Shown here: in pieces, positions 15,185-28,130 of the stretch
Position numbering within the stretch: the first letter of the stretch is position 1
How the letters are laid out: each line of letters starts with the position of its first letter
NCBI GenBank assembly: GCA_048213135.1
Contig: PS015027.1
Span: 43,782-107,781 of the forward strand
Length of the DNA: 64,000 bases
Source: Reclinomonas americana ATCC 50394
Taxonomy: Eukaryota
Direction: 5' to 3'
The notes under the pieces: generated by a model
Databases searched by the model: none
What the model saw: only the letters and a program-made list of their open reading frames with translations
What the model was told of the DNA's origin: nothing
Translations under genes and position numbers: made by a program

Positions 15185-17489
15185 CAGAGATAGAGAGACA
15201 GTCGCTCACCGGATGCACATCCTCGGCCAGCACGTACAGAGCAGCACCGCCAGCAAAGATACCGCCGTCCGAGAACCCAAAGAGCGGGGCCGTATTCTGG
15301 TAGCTACCGCGCACATTCACAAAGTTGCGATCGAACTGGCTCCCCAACACGTGTACCGTGCTGGTCGACACTTGGCCTCCGTACATGACGGCAAAGACAG
15401 CGCCACCACCGTTCCGCGGTGCGTGCACGAGCGGAATATTGGCGGTGGGACTCAAGTACGGCGTCGGAGCCAGCAACGAGTTGGCCACAAAGGTCGAATT
15501 CGTGATCGCCATGTCCAGCGTGTTCGAAGTCACCGCCGACGAGACAATCGAGAGCGCACCACCACCTGACACGTACACATGCAACTCAGCTCGTGTTCAA
15601 CGCGGGTGGACGAATGAGTAGGAATGAGCGCACCAGCGGCCAGGAACGTCGTTTGCGACTGTGTGCTGGTGGCATTCAGCATGTTGTACTGGAACATCGA
15701 GTTTGTCACCGTCGCTTGGATGGCGGTCGAATTGGAGCCGGTAATCACAAAGAGAGCACCACCTGCAGTCGCCGGCCCCAGTTGGTTCAACCGCATTGAA
15801 GCAGAAGTGTGTGTGTGTGCGTGTGACGAGCGTACCTCGAACATTCGACAACATGCTTCCAGCAGTGGCGCTGCAATACACCGCATTATTGGCGACGACC
15901 GACTGCACAACACCGAGAGTCACTTGCACTGCGCCACTGACTTGTGCCACCACGGAGAAGCCACTCCCTGAATACAAACACACGTGAGCGGCAACAGCTT
16001 CGAGAAGAGAGTGAGCGCACTGTGGAAAACGGACCTCCGAGCGCCACAAAGCCGCCTTGTGCTGCTGAGACGCCATCGGCCAGAAGGAACTGCGAAAGAA
16101 CCGAGTCGCCAGTTGACGACAGCGAGATGGCGGGCGTCGATGCGGCGAGAAACACGCCTACGCCACCCAGGTGCGACAGGCTCGGACCCAAGTCGGCAAA
16201 GCTGACCACCACGGCGTTTGTGACGTCCACGGTGTTGTCTGCCATCAGCGTCACGGTCAACGCACAGACCCACAAAAAGGGGAGACACATGCACACAGCA
16301 CAGCAGGTGCGCAACTCGTGAAGCGATTGCCGGTCAGCTGCACAGTCAGCGGTTGGGTGTAACTGTCACTGAACATCATGATGCCGGCACCGCCGACCAG
16401 ATGGGCAGCTGGGTGCGCCACGGCACGCACCAAGTTGCTGTGAAACACCGAGTTCCGCACCACCAATGTGTCGGCCAGCACAAACATGCCGGCACCTGCA
16501 ACACCCCGAGATGAGAATCCCTCTCCCCCATTGGAAAAAGGGATGGAGGCACGAACCGCCCATGGTCGGCACACAAGCCGCATTCGCGCACTTCACGACA
16601 TTGCCAGTGACAGAACACGAATCCAGCGTGAGCTGCGAGGTCAACCCGTCGTTCACGAAGCTTGTGTCGGTCAGGTTGAAGTAGGCACCAGCTCCGATGA
16701 GCGACGCCGTGTTATTGGTCCACGAACACTGCACGGCTGTCACCTGCGACCCCGAGGCGCAGTAGACGGCCAGAGCTGTGGTACCGAGCGCGTTCGAGAA
16801 GCTCGTCTGCTCACCACATGAGTTGAAGCGCAGAGCGACAGAGAGAGTGAACGCACAATCAGACCTGTGCAAGAGTCACGTTCATGGCCGCGGCATGTTG
16901 AATGTACACAAGCGGCTGCGTTAGCGAGGCCGCAGAGCTGCCAAACGCCATGCCCACTAATGATACCTGTGTTCCAGCAGGCGTGAGAGAGAGGAGTGTG
17001 ACAAGAGAGCATACATGTGTGGTCTCTCTCTCTCTTCTCTCCCTCGCTCTCTCACTCACTCACGCACACACACGCACACGCAACGACGTTGACATTGGCG
17101 ATGGAGAGCAACGGGGTGACACTAGCAGCCGTGGCCGTCCACTCACACGCTCCCACCACCTCACACACAATAGTCACATTGTGCAACGCAGACGAGGCAG
17201 TGGCAGTGGAGAGGAGGAGACCTCCGCCCGAGGCCACCGGGAAGAGGCCGGAGAGCACTCGCCATTCGACACTGTTCGGCGGTGGCATGGCGCTATTGAG
17301 CACCGAGACAGCCGCCGAGGGTGTGCACGCCTGCGCGGGTGTGTCTCCACAGGGAGCGCTGGTGTGCGTGCTGGCGGGGTCGACATAGGTCACCAGTTGT
17401 ATGGTGGTGGCCGCGGTGCACACACACAACAGCAGCAGCTGCAGCAGCAGAAGCAGGTGTAATCGGCGGGTGGCCTCCCGCGCCGCCAT
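1878..17489 (-). CDS. Giant secreted-type multipass membrane protein: signal peptide, long parallel beta-helix/Pmp-like repeats, Cys-rich linker, several TM helices; dozens of introns
   Basis: N-terminus MAAREATRRLHLLLLLQLLLLCVC. Many FxxN / GGA(I/L/V) motifs (FANNTAEQGGAV, FTRNQAAIGGGL, GNGGGAVF). CLSCPLGTF...CQQC...DCPG and PLCGLC...GYHEW...C segments. Hydrophobic exons at 2000-4700, including LFSGLSNRYKSRMYYWQAVQL. TAA at 1878. Treating it as one gene is an inference. Confidence 0.7.
14868..15200. repeat. (GA)n microsatellite decaying into ACG/GAAC low-complexity sequence around an N gap, intronic
   Basis: Seen directly in the sequence. Confidence 0.85.
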
Positions 17490-17739
17490 CGTGATGGATG
17501 GAGGCAAGAGGATGTGCGTGAGAAAGTGTGTGTGTGAGAGAGAGAGAAAGTGTGAGGGTCAGAGTCTTGTTATGGCCATGCGTGCGCTCTCAGGGGGGGT
17601 CGCTGCGTGATTGACTGCTTGCTGTGATGTACGGAAATTGCAGTTTCCCGAACCCGCCCCCTCTCCCCGCCCCCTTCTCCTTCTGCCCGCTGCCAAGCAC
17701 ATGCCAACGAGGAATGAGACACACGTTCACTTGGATGAG

Positions 17740-18860
17740 TTAGAGCGGGATGTGACCGACAAGAATGTGGCCGCTGTCTGAATCCACGGCGATCCGCGAG
17801 ACCTCCAGCGACTTGCCCTGTTGGTGGAGCGAGAGTGAGTCTTCCGCACGCGCATGGGAAGAAGCAAAAGGTGCACGGACCGACGCAAAAATGCCGCCGC
17901 CAGTGTGCCCGTTGTTCGAGGCCACCATCGTGGCGCCGTGATCGAACGACCTGCGCAGCGTGGTGAGCCCTGCGACGCAACAGCAACAGCACGCACGCAC
18001 ACAAAGACGCACCACAGCTCGGGCGTGGCCACATCAATGCCTGGAATGGGGAGCGCAAACGAGTACAGGAAGTGGCGAATGCCCTTGGCCAGCAGCAGGT
18101 CCTCGGGGGTGGAGTACAGAATGTCCTTGCAGGTGAAGATGCCGAGAGTGACCTCGGCCGCTCCACCGGCCGACGACGGCACCGTGGCGTTGAAGGAGAC
18201 CAACTCCGGCGGCGACGGTCCATGGAAACACTCAGTCCAGTACGGATGCGTCTTGCGATACTGCGCCACCACGCTGCCGTCGGGCGCAAACACCACCTGC
18301 GTGTTGTACAAGTGGCCGTCGCGATCCACGCTATCCTCGCACATGTTCACCGACAGGTACACGCCCGACGCACGCGCCGCCGCCTGCAGCACACACAGAC
18401 CGCCCTGATCATCGCCGTCCGCCTGCGAGCACGGAGCGCGCAGAGGCAGCGGCGTGCAGAACGGACGCAACCCCGCCGCAGACGTCTTGTTGCACGCGCT
18501 GTAGTCGCCGCCCAGGGTGAACTCTACACGCACGTGGTCAGCAGCGCCTCTGTGTGTGCGAGACAGAGAGATGCGCGCACCAGGGAACACCAGCACGCTG
18601 ATGCCCGCGGCAGCTGCGGCTTCCACATACGGCACATAGCTGCGGAGGATGTGAGCGACTGTGAGTAGGCGCATGCAGTGAGAGAGGGCGCGCAACGCTC
18701 GAGCATTGGCCGACAAGACACGCGCAGGCGAGAGGCCGCGATCGCCCGGGTTGACCGTGGTGGTCTTGATGACAGCGCCTGCGGTCCAGTACGCCGACGC
18801 AGACACGCCCGCGACCAGTACCGCCAGCACCACCAACAACAACAACGTCGCGCGCTGCAT
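17740..18860 (-). CDS. Secreted carbon-nitrogen hydrolase, vanin/biotinidase/pantetheinase-like
   Basis: Signal peptide MQRATLLLLVVLAVLVAG. Nitrilase-fold triad motifs VLVFPE, LYNTQVVF...YRKTH and GIFTCKDILY. Confidence 0.88.
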
Positions 18861-18914
18861 TGCAAACGAAGAGTGAGAGGACACAGAGAAGGACGACGCG
18901 CGCTGATTGTACGT

Positions 18915-19628
18915 ATGATGCAGAGAGGAGGAGTGGGCGAGTCGACTGCCGCGACTGCGGCCACCACTGGTGACGCAGAGGAGGATCGTCCGGCCTCCAA
19001 GGCGGCGGTGGGGNNNNNNNNNNNNNNNNNNNNNNNNNNNNNNNNNNNNNNNNNNNNNNNNNNNNNNNNNNNNNNNNNNNNNNNNNNNNNNNNNNNNNNN
19101 NNNNNNNNNNNNNNNNNNNNNNNNNNNNNNNNNNNNNNNNNNNNNNNNNNNNNNNNNNNNNNNNNNNNNNNNNNNNNNNNNNNNNNNNNNNNNNNNNNNN
19201 NNNNNNNNNNNNNNNNNNNNNNNNNNNNNNNNNNNNNNNNNNNNNNNNNNNNNNNNNNNNNNNNNNNNNNNNNNNNNNNNNNNNNNNNNNNNNNNNNNNN
19301 NNNNNNNNNNNNNNNNNNNNNNNNNNNNNNNNNNNNNNNNNNNNNNNNNNNNNNNNNNNNNNNNNNNNNNNNNNNNNNNNNNNNNNNNNNNNNNNNNNNN
19401 NNNNNNNNNNNNNNNNNNNNNNNNNNNNNNNNNNNNNNNNNNNNNNNNNNNNNNNNNNNNNNNNNNNNNNNNNNNNNNNNNNNNNNNNNNNNNNNNNNNN
19501 NNNNNNNNNNNNNNNNNNNNNNNNNNNNNNNNNNNNNNNNNNNNNNNNNNNNNNNNNNNNNNNNNNNNNNNNNNNNNNNNNNNNNNNNNNNNNNNNNNNN
19601 NNNNNNNNNNNNNNNNNNNNNNNNNNNN

Positions 19629-19727
<99 letters not shown>

Positions 19728-20854
19728 GAGGAGGAGGAGGCGGTGGAGCAGGAGAAAGAGAAGAAGAAGAAGAAGAAGGAGGAGAAGAAGAAGAAGAAGA
19801 AGAAGAAGAAGAAGAAGAGAGAGAGAGAGACACACACACACATGTGAGGAACGTGAGACACTAGAGGCAAGAGGGGAGGCTGAGGAGAGGAGGCAACGAA
19901 GAGACTGCAGGATCTGGCAAGTGTGTGTTTGACATGCAGCTTTCCGCTGTTGTCTTTCTTTTCTTCTCTTTGCAGCAACGGGGAGTGGTGCTTCGCAGCA
20001 GCGACGCACGTCGTTGGTGGTGCCGAAGGAGGGTGGGGAGATGGAGACTGTAGAGCTGGATCAGCATGTGGATGTGCCGCCGCCGATGTTTGCGCTGGCG
20101 TATGATGCGTTGCAGGTGCCAATGGAGACCGCTGCTGGTCTGTGTGTCTGCTCACAGTGTGTTCGCCTGCTGTATGCGTTCATCTTCTGCGTGTGTGTGC
20201 GTTGGTAGCCAAGGAGAGTGGTACGGCGGATCCGCGCGGCATCTTGAATCACGTGCACATTGAGGGGTGCATTGAGAAGATGTTTTCTGTGCGCAAGGGA
20301 ATGGACGATGTTGTGCGCTCGGCGAACAGTGTTGCGTGTCTTGCAGAGGGAGAGGCAAGGGAAGAAAGAGGGAAGGGGTGCGGGGAGCAAGGATTGGCGC
20401 AGCGAAGGAAGGAGGAGAACGGAAGAAGAAGAAGAACAAGACGCCTTACCAGAAGGCGAAATGCAGACCGGAGTACTGCGAGAGTGGGAGGATAAGCCTG
20501 CAGAAACGGAAAGGAAGCTGAGAGACATGAAAGAAGACGCCCTTGCTGAAGGCGAGATGCAGACTGTGGTACTGCGAGAGTGGGATAAGCCTGCAGAATC
20601 GGAAAGGAAGCTGAGATATGAAAGAGACGCCTTACTAAAAGGCGAAATGCAGAGTGCGATACTGCAAGAGTGGGGGGACAAGACTGCAGAAACGGGGGGA
20701 AGGCAGAGGGCGAGAGACACGAAGAAGAAAAAGACGCCCTTGCAGAAGGCGAGATGCAAACTGTGTGCTGCGAGAGTGGGCGGATAAGCCTGCAGAAACG
20801 GGGAAACATGAGACATGTGAGCTGAGAAGAAGGGTGCAGAGGATGCCGCGTCCG

Positions 20855-20886
<32 letters not shown>

Positions 20887-21420
20887 CACGGTAATCGCTG
20901 CTTGCAGGAGCTGGAGGCTACAGTGGCGGCGGTGTCCTACGGCAAGGACGACACCTTCAACAGGTTCGACCGGACCATGAACCTCAGCAAGACTCCGGGC
21001 GCCGATGCTGCGCTGGCGAGGAAACGTGCCGCCACGTCCAAGCTGCTGGTGAGGCCACACTGCTCTTATGTCTTCCCGGTGATTCACTTGGTCGCTCAAT
21101 CCGCCTCCCTGCAGCAAACACCGCATCCCGACAAGAGGCGCAACACAAAGCTCACAGTCGACGAGCTGGGCGAGAAGATCTTCGAGGCATTTGCGACGCA
21201 GGAGTACTGGACAGCTGGCGATATGCTGACCTACACTGGAGCCTCGTCTATGGTTCGGAAGATGTGCTGATCGTTGTTTGCATGCAGTCGTGCTCACACG
21301 CGCGAGAGCCTCTCGCAGAAAGTGCTCAAACAAACACTGGGCGACTTGTGCATTCAAGTACGCACGGGCGCACACAAGGGCGAGTACGAGCTCAAGGAGG
21401 AGTACAAGGAACGAGAGTGA
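18915..21420 (+). CDS. GTF2F2: Transcription initiation factor IIF beta subunit (RAP30/Tfg2), interrupted by an N gap
   Basis: C-terminal winged helix ELGEKIFEAFATQEYWTAGDMLTYT...LKQTLGDLC...GAHKGEYELKEEYK and upstream HIEGCIEK. The start at 18915 is tentative because it lies before the gap. Confidence 0.8.
19629..19840. repeat. (AG)n and (AAG)n microsatellites
   Basis: Seen directly in the sequence. Confidence 0.9.
20440..20818 (+). repeat. Four diverged tandem copies of a ~90-105 bp unit inside a TFIIF-beta intron
   Basis: Recurring gacgccYt..AgaaggcgaRatgca...ctgcgagagtggg..gataagcctgcagaa at about 20440, 20537, 20626 and 20733. Confidence 0.85.
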
Positions 21421-21554
21421 TAATGAAAAATCAAAACGTTGTTGTGACCGTTACACGCCCGTTCAATTGCGCAAGTGACGAGAGAAGACACACTCACGCA
21501 CACACACACACACGCGCTCACACGTTCACACGCAACCCACTCGCTTCGTGAGCC

Positions 21555-24500
21555 ATGGCCACCGATAAGGAGAACTCGGCCTTGGCCGTGTCATACCCCC
21601 TCGCCAGCCCCGGCAAGGCACTGATGTTGGTCTGTTCGCAACGCTTTTCCCCTCTTCCTCCTCCTCCTCCTCCACTGCCCTCCTCCTCTTACACACACGC
21701 ACACAGCCGAGTGCCATGTCACCTGGACGCTCGCCAGGCAGCGCCTCGAAGCGCGACGGAGGCCGTCGTCGTGCCTTCTCGGACATCTCGCCCGACGATC
21801 CCAATGCTGCTCCCGTCAGTGTACCGTCGGCCAACAAGCGCACCTCCATCCTCGTGACACAGAATGGCACAGCAAGTGCCGCCAAGTCGCCGTCGAAGAA
21901 GCGTGCGCGTCTCTCGGTCGCCCGTCGCGTGAGCTTTGCTCCGCCTCCAGAGCCCAGCACTCCTGGGTCGGCAGCTGCAGCCGCCGCCGCCGCAGCCGCA
22001 GCAGGCGGTGCACAGCCGTTTGCCATCCATGTCGATGACGACGTGCGTGAGCAGGTGCGCCAGCAGCTGCGACAGACCATTCCCAACTTTGGCGAGATGA
22101 AGTCGTTGCGTGCGACTAGCGGATGCGGCGTCGTTTGTGTTGTGACTGACTGATGGTGGCGTGCAGGTTGGAGGACTACCTGGCCGAGTGCGAGCGTGAG
22201 AACGCCAATGCCGAAGCGAGTGCGCCCGTGTCGCCTGCGCCTGTTTCGTAGCACGCCGTCTCCAATGAGGTGAAAAAGAACCGAGCTCGACTCACTCCCC
22301 TTGTTTTCAACGCAGTCGGCCACTTCGCTGCTCTTCTCGCCGTTCCCCGAGTCGGATGCGCCAAACTTTGACGCCGACGTGCCACCGATGCCCATGTTTT
22401 CGCAGTCGCCGGCCATTCCGTCGCGCAGTCTCGTGTCGCCGAGCAAGCGACGCAGTCTGGACGCCTACAACGCCTCCAACTTTTCGTTCAGTGACGAGTA
22501 CGACGAGAAGAGTCCGCCCGCCGCCGCTGAGCAGCCGCAGGAGGCCAGCTTGATGGACATGAGCATGGCAGAGGTGAGCATGTGCGCCGCGTAGATACGA
22601 GGCGAATCACGTGAGTTGCTCACGCGACCTGTGTTGGCAGGCGGATGAGGCGCTGGCGGCGACGCAGAAAGTGCTGGCCGACAACTCGTTTGCCGACCTG
22701 GAGCAGCAGACCATGGAGCTCACGCAAGCGTACGGACGCATCTTGCAGGCGCCCATCTCTGGCGGCTACAAGCTGGCACGCACGCCGGTGAAGCAAGCCG
22801 AGTCGGCCCCCGAACCACCTCAGCAGCAGCAGCCAGCAGAGCAAGAGGAGGAGCAGGATGGAGAAGACGAGGATGAGGAGATGCAGGAGACCATGGACTT
22901 TACACGCGCTCTCGGCACGATCATCAGCACTCGGTGAGTCCACCGAGTGACAGTGCTACAATTGTTGCTGTGTGAGCGCTGACCTGCAGCTGCCATGTTT
23001 ACAGGACGCCAGTGTCGTTGCCGAGCCGCTCGCCGGCTACCGAAAAGCCGTTTTCGGATTCGTCGCCCTCGCAGGTGTCCATGGACATTACTCGCATGTA
23101 CGGAGGAATCCTGAGCCTGGCCAATCGCACCGTGCAGGCCGAGGACGACAGCCAGGAGTCCGTGTCGCCGCAACCACAAGAGCCTGTCTTCGAGGAGGAG
23201 GAGGAGGAGGAGAAGGAGGATGAGGACGAGGAGATGGAGTTCACCGGCACCTATGGAGTCATTCAGCAAGCTCCGCCTGCACCACCGGCTGTTGTCGACG
23301 ACTCGAATGCGAATTCGCAGGAGGAGGACGACGGCGAGGCCATGGATCTGACCGGCGCCTTTGGTGCCATCATGGCTGAGGCTCGACGCATGTCGATTGC
23401 TGTGCCCTCGGAGCAGGCGGCTGCCACCACGCCGGCCAAGTCGCCGCTGCGTCGCCAGACAATGTCGCCGATGAAGAAGGGCGCCATGTCACCGGCTCTC
23501 CACGCCTTCCTCACCAAGTCGCCACGCTCCACCACGAAGTCACCGCGCGCTGCTGAATCACCGGCGCCGATTGTGGCGCGCTCACCAGCCGCCACCACGC
23601 CCGGCTCAGCCGCACGTCGCCTGCTGGCCATGTCACCCGGTGGCTCACGCTCCCTGGCTCGCACACCGCTCGGCAATCTGAGCAAGAAGTTTGAGGAGGA
23701 GTCTGCGGAGGAACAGCCGCAGGAGGACCTCACGCAAGACATTACACGCACCATGCAAGGCATCATGATGCTGGCTCGCTCGCCTGGTCCTCATGGTACG
23801 TGCTGTGGGGGCATTGTGGTTTCACAACAACAGCGTGACTGATTATCATTTTTCCTGCGTGTACAGCTACCCCAACAGCCACCAACACAATCGCCACCAC
23901 CTTTACTGGTGTGTCGACTCCGTCCGCTCTCTCCTACGATGGCTCGTTTGTCAGCGACGCTTCGGTGAGTGAAGTGTGCAGTTCTCTTGTGCATCACTGT
24001 GTAATCTGACGAACTGTCGTGCTTGCACAGAACGCCCGTGACAGCCTGTGCAGTCCGGGAATGTCGGGCTCGGACGAAATGTGTGCCGACGAGTGGCGAC
24101 TGGAGGACTTTTTGAGTCGAGGTGCGCCCCGCTAATCCTTTGTCCAACGACTCACATCCACCGACCTCGTTTGTTTCTAACTCGTGTGAATGCGGCACAG
24201 CAAACCTGCACTTCCCGATTGACGATCTCGGCAAGCGCCGCGCGGCGTCCATGTGCCCAACGCGAGGTGGTCCGCTGCAGACTGTTCCGCCGTCGCAGCG
24301 CCCGCTGCAGGAGCGCATCATTCTGGCGGCGTACACGGTGCCGCTGATGATGTCGACCGAGGAGGCCTGCTCATCGCTCAAGGACCAGACGGAGCTGATT
24401 CGCAACAGCATCTCCAGCCTGGAGGAGCACGTCAACGAGAATGTGCCACCAATCTACGCGCAGCTGGAGAACGCACTGCGAACGGGTGACGAGGTGCAGA

Positions 24501-26233
24501 TGCAAGATCAGCTGCGCTCGCTGAAGGAGGCCTGCAAGAACAAGGCACAGTGCGCATGGTACGAGTACATTACCAAGGTGCAGCAGAGCCTGCAAGCCGG
24601 CGGCCTGGCCGAGTGCATGCACGCTCTGCGTGACGACGCACAGGCAGTGGCGGAGATGAACCAGGCACTGGCCGCATCGGTGGGCGAACTCGAGCACGCC
24701 AGCCAATTGTTTGCGCGTGAGGAGGAGCGGCTGCGTGGCAAGTCGTCGCGCGTGGCCGACTTGGAGCAGTTGGTGGCCACCAACGAAGTGATGCTGCGCG
24801 AACGGCGTCGCACATCGGATGAGCTGGTGCAGAGCGAGCGACACGCTGCCGACGAGGCCGATCGTCTCGAGGCACGCGGTGACGAGCTGCAGGCGGTGCG
24901 TATGGAGGGAACAATGGGGGGTGGTCACAGTCTTTTGTTGCTGACTTTAGTACTGCACACAGGAACTCGACGCACTGCTGGCCGCCAGAGAGCGCCGTCA
25001 GGCCGAGAAGCAGACGGCCAGAGCAAGTGCCGATGCAGTGGCGGCGGCTGCGGCCCTGTCTGCAGCTCGTGCGGCCGCTCCGTCGGTCAACCACGTGTCG
25101 GCGGCACTCAGCCGAGAAGACAATACCATGAATCGCCGTGAGATGGAGGCCGCCAAGGGTATGTTGACACGGAGAAAAGAGCAGCAGTCTTTTCAAGCAC
25201 GGTTCTTATTTTTGTTTCTCCCTCGCTGCAGACATGCTCCAACTGGTGCAAGCTGCCGGCCTGGCCGAGGAGCAGCTGACACGAGATGGCCGCAATGTCA
25301 TTCGCTTCGCCCTGCCCAATGTCGGCGCGCTCTTTGCGTTCCCACCGTTGCGTCGTCCGCACTACCTGCGCAATTGCCCCTTTCATCCACGTCTCAATTC
25401 GTGTGCTTTCATGTCACAGTGAGGGCGACATGTGGCAATGTGCCTTCCTTCGCGGCTCGGCACCCAGTGATCGCAGTGCGGCACTCTTCTCGACATTCGG
25501 CAGCCATCCGTTTGTGGCCGACATGGGTCCGGAGATGCGCCTGTCGCTGTCCACCAGGGAGCTGCAGCAGGTTGCGTCGTGTTTTTTGGGTGAGGCAAAG
25601 GCAGGGAGCAGTGTTGCTAATGTTCGTGTGTGAGCAGTTCGTGCTCGAGAGCCAGGTGCGCTCCGATCGCCTGCTGATGTTCAGCGAGATGGTGTCGGAG
25701 CTGGCTTCACGCTTCAACGACGTGCAAGTGCTGGCCAGTGGACTGGACGACGCACTGCTGAAGGTGCGTGTGTAAGGGAGATAGAGAGAGAGCACGTCAC
25801 ATTGACTGACACGTTTCTTCTTGCGCGTGCAGGTGACCATCTCGGAGCCGCAATTCCACTGCAAGTTCACCGTGCAGCTGTGGTGCTCGCCCCTGTCTGG
25901 TGTCGGCGATGCGGTACTCAAGGCCGTGTCACCATTTGCCGGCTCTGGAGTGGTGTCGAGTGCTTTCGGTGCACTGCCACGAGCGAGCGCACTCGGAGCA
26001 GCGAGCCAGAGCTCGATTGCTTTCGGCTTTGACAACTTGTTCGGTGGTGTCACCACTGCCCGTGTGCAGCAAGCAGTTGCGTACTCGTTTCCCTTGCTCT
26101 TCGTCGCCATTGAAAATGCTGACGCCGTGTGCTGTCGCAGATTGGTGGCGCGCTGAGCGAGACTCGCCGCGACGTGCCGCTGTTGTTCCGCGTGCTTGAT
26201 TCAATTGCAGCACTGCCGGCGTTCTCCCACTGA
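21555..26233 (+). CDS. KNL1: Kinetochore scaffold KNL1/Spc105/Spc7
   Basis: PP1-docking motifs RTSILV and RRVSF. MELT-like repeats MELTQAYG, MDFTRALG, MDITRMYG, MEFTGTYG, MDLTGAFG and QDITRTM. Coiled coil with AWYEY, then an RWD-like C-terminus. First exon MATDKEN; last exon ends TGA at 26233. Confidence 0.92.
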
Positions 26234-27257
26234 TCAACCCCTCATATTTGAAAGAAAATGTCAATGCTCTCTCTTCTCCTCCTCACTCCTCTTTCTTGTT
26301 GTCGTTGTTTTGTTGTTATTGCTGTGAGAATTCGAGCCACGAGCGATGCCGTGTTGCTCTCTCCACACGATACCAGTCCGTTCTTCCTTCCTCTGCAATG
26401 CTGTCCCCCCCCTGCCCCCCTTTTCAACAACCCTCTCCCCCAATCAATGTATACGGATGCTTTCAGGTTACTCGGTTCACTGTGCATAAACTGCAGCGAC
26501 CCGGCGGGCGGCTCCCTCTAGGTGGAAGGCGGTTGCATAATTCGTCACTTCAGTGGTGTGTCGGCGAGCTGCGAGGGTGGAGGAGAGGGAGGGTGAGAAG
26601 AGAAGGGGGAAGGAGAAGCATGAGCAGCACGCACCTACAGATCACGAGAGAGGGGAGAGAGTAGAGAGAGAGTATATGCAAACAACCATCGCGAGCGAGA
26701 GTACGAAGAACACGACGCAGGACGAGACATGAGAGCAGCCCGGGGAGAGACAGAGCGAAGGGGACTGGAAGCAGCGACTGCACGCAAACTACCATCGAAA
26801 GCGAGAGAGCATGACGTCTGATTGGGAGGTGCTGAAAGCGCAGGATGAGTCACGCGAGCAGCACGGGAGAGACAGAGCTGCACGCAGACACCGGAGTACG
26901 AAGTACACAAGCCGTCCACAAACTGCGGAGGAAAGAGAGAGACATGCAAGCAATGCGGGCAGACAGAGAGAGAGAGCGCGCGCGCGCGAAGGAGGGAGGG
27001 AGGGAGAAAGACAACAAATGAACAACCATCACCAGCAAACGACAAGGGAAGCACGAAGAAGATGAAGCCTATTTGTGAGGCGCTGGACAAGACATGCGAG
27101 CAGCCCGAGGAGGGAAATACAGCGAATGAGACTGACAACTGCGGGCAAGTACGAAAAGCACAACATGGACTGCAAAACGAGGAAAACAGAAAGAGACGAA
27201 AGCGGCAGCACATACAGAGCGAAAGGGAAAAAAGGACACGGTTGGAGGTCTGCAAAC

Positions 27258-28085
27258 CTTGTTGGCACAGGCAATGAACTCCTTGGCTTTTTGTTGACAG
27301 TCGATAAACGTCTTTCCCTCCTTCAAGCATCCCAGCAGCGCAGAGCGCGCCTCCTGGCATGGAACGTCTCGCACGGGAGCACTGCGAGGGGGGAGGAGGG
27401 GTGAGTGGTGCACGGGGACAACAAAGAGAGAGAGTGTGTGTGCACTGGACAAGGAAATGAGCCTTGAATGCCGGAGATGTGTGACATAGAGCAAAGGAGA
27501 ACAGTGAGATAGAAAGAGATGACACGATCGAAAATGCATGAAGTAAGCGAGGTGAAAAGGCAAGGCAGGATGCGAGAGATGCGCAACAGACTGGACAGTA
27601 CGAGACTTGAACGCCAGAGGGGCAGAAAGAGAGNNNNNNNNNNNNNNNNNNNNNNNNNNNNNNNNNNNNNNNNNNNNNNNNNNNNNNNNNNNNNNNNNNN
27701 NNNNNNNNNNNNNNNNNNNNNNNNNNNNNNNNNNNNNNNNNNNNNNNNNNNNNNNNNNNNNNNNNNNNNNNNNNNNNNNNNGCGAATAAATCACACACGG
27801 ACAACACACTGAAAAAAATGCATGTGATGCGCATCATACCCTCAAATGCATCCTCCAGTTGCGCCTGCACAATCTCCTGCCGTGAGGGCTTGCCTCGCTC
27901 GGGCAACACGTCCACAAAGTCGGGCGTGAACTGCACAAGTGGAGAGAGAGAGAAGAGAGAGAGTAAGTGTGAGTGTGAGTGTGTGTGTGTGTGTGGTGGG
28001 GGGGGGGGGAAGTGTGTGCGAAAGAGTGTATGAGTGAGATATGCAAGTGTGCGTGCAAGTGTCAGAGTGTGTGTGCAAGTGTGTG

Positions 28086-28130
<45 letters not shown>

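Noticed and set aside
17727-20155. Very long ORFs in the track spanning N runs (also 45007-47264, 49663-51118, 52949-54639)
   Set aside because: Their length comes from N gaps and microsatellites.
22242-22270. Apparent in-frame TAG in KNL1 (APVS*HAVSNE), suggesting stop-codon reassignment
   Set aside because: A phase-0 donor GTTTCG just before it gives a normal ~74-bp intron. TAG ends URB2 at the expected place, and long exons contain no internal stops.
26430-27110. Possible small minus-strand gene between KNL1 and the Mic19-like gene
   Set aside because: Some splice-like signals are present, but I could not build a coherent or recognisable product. It may be the 3' exons or UTR of the Mic19-like gene.
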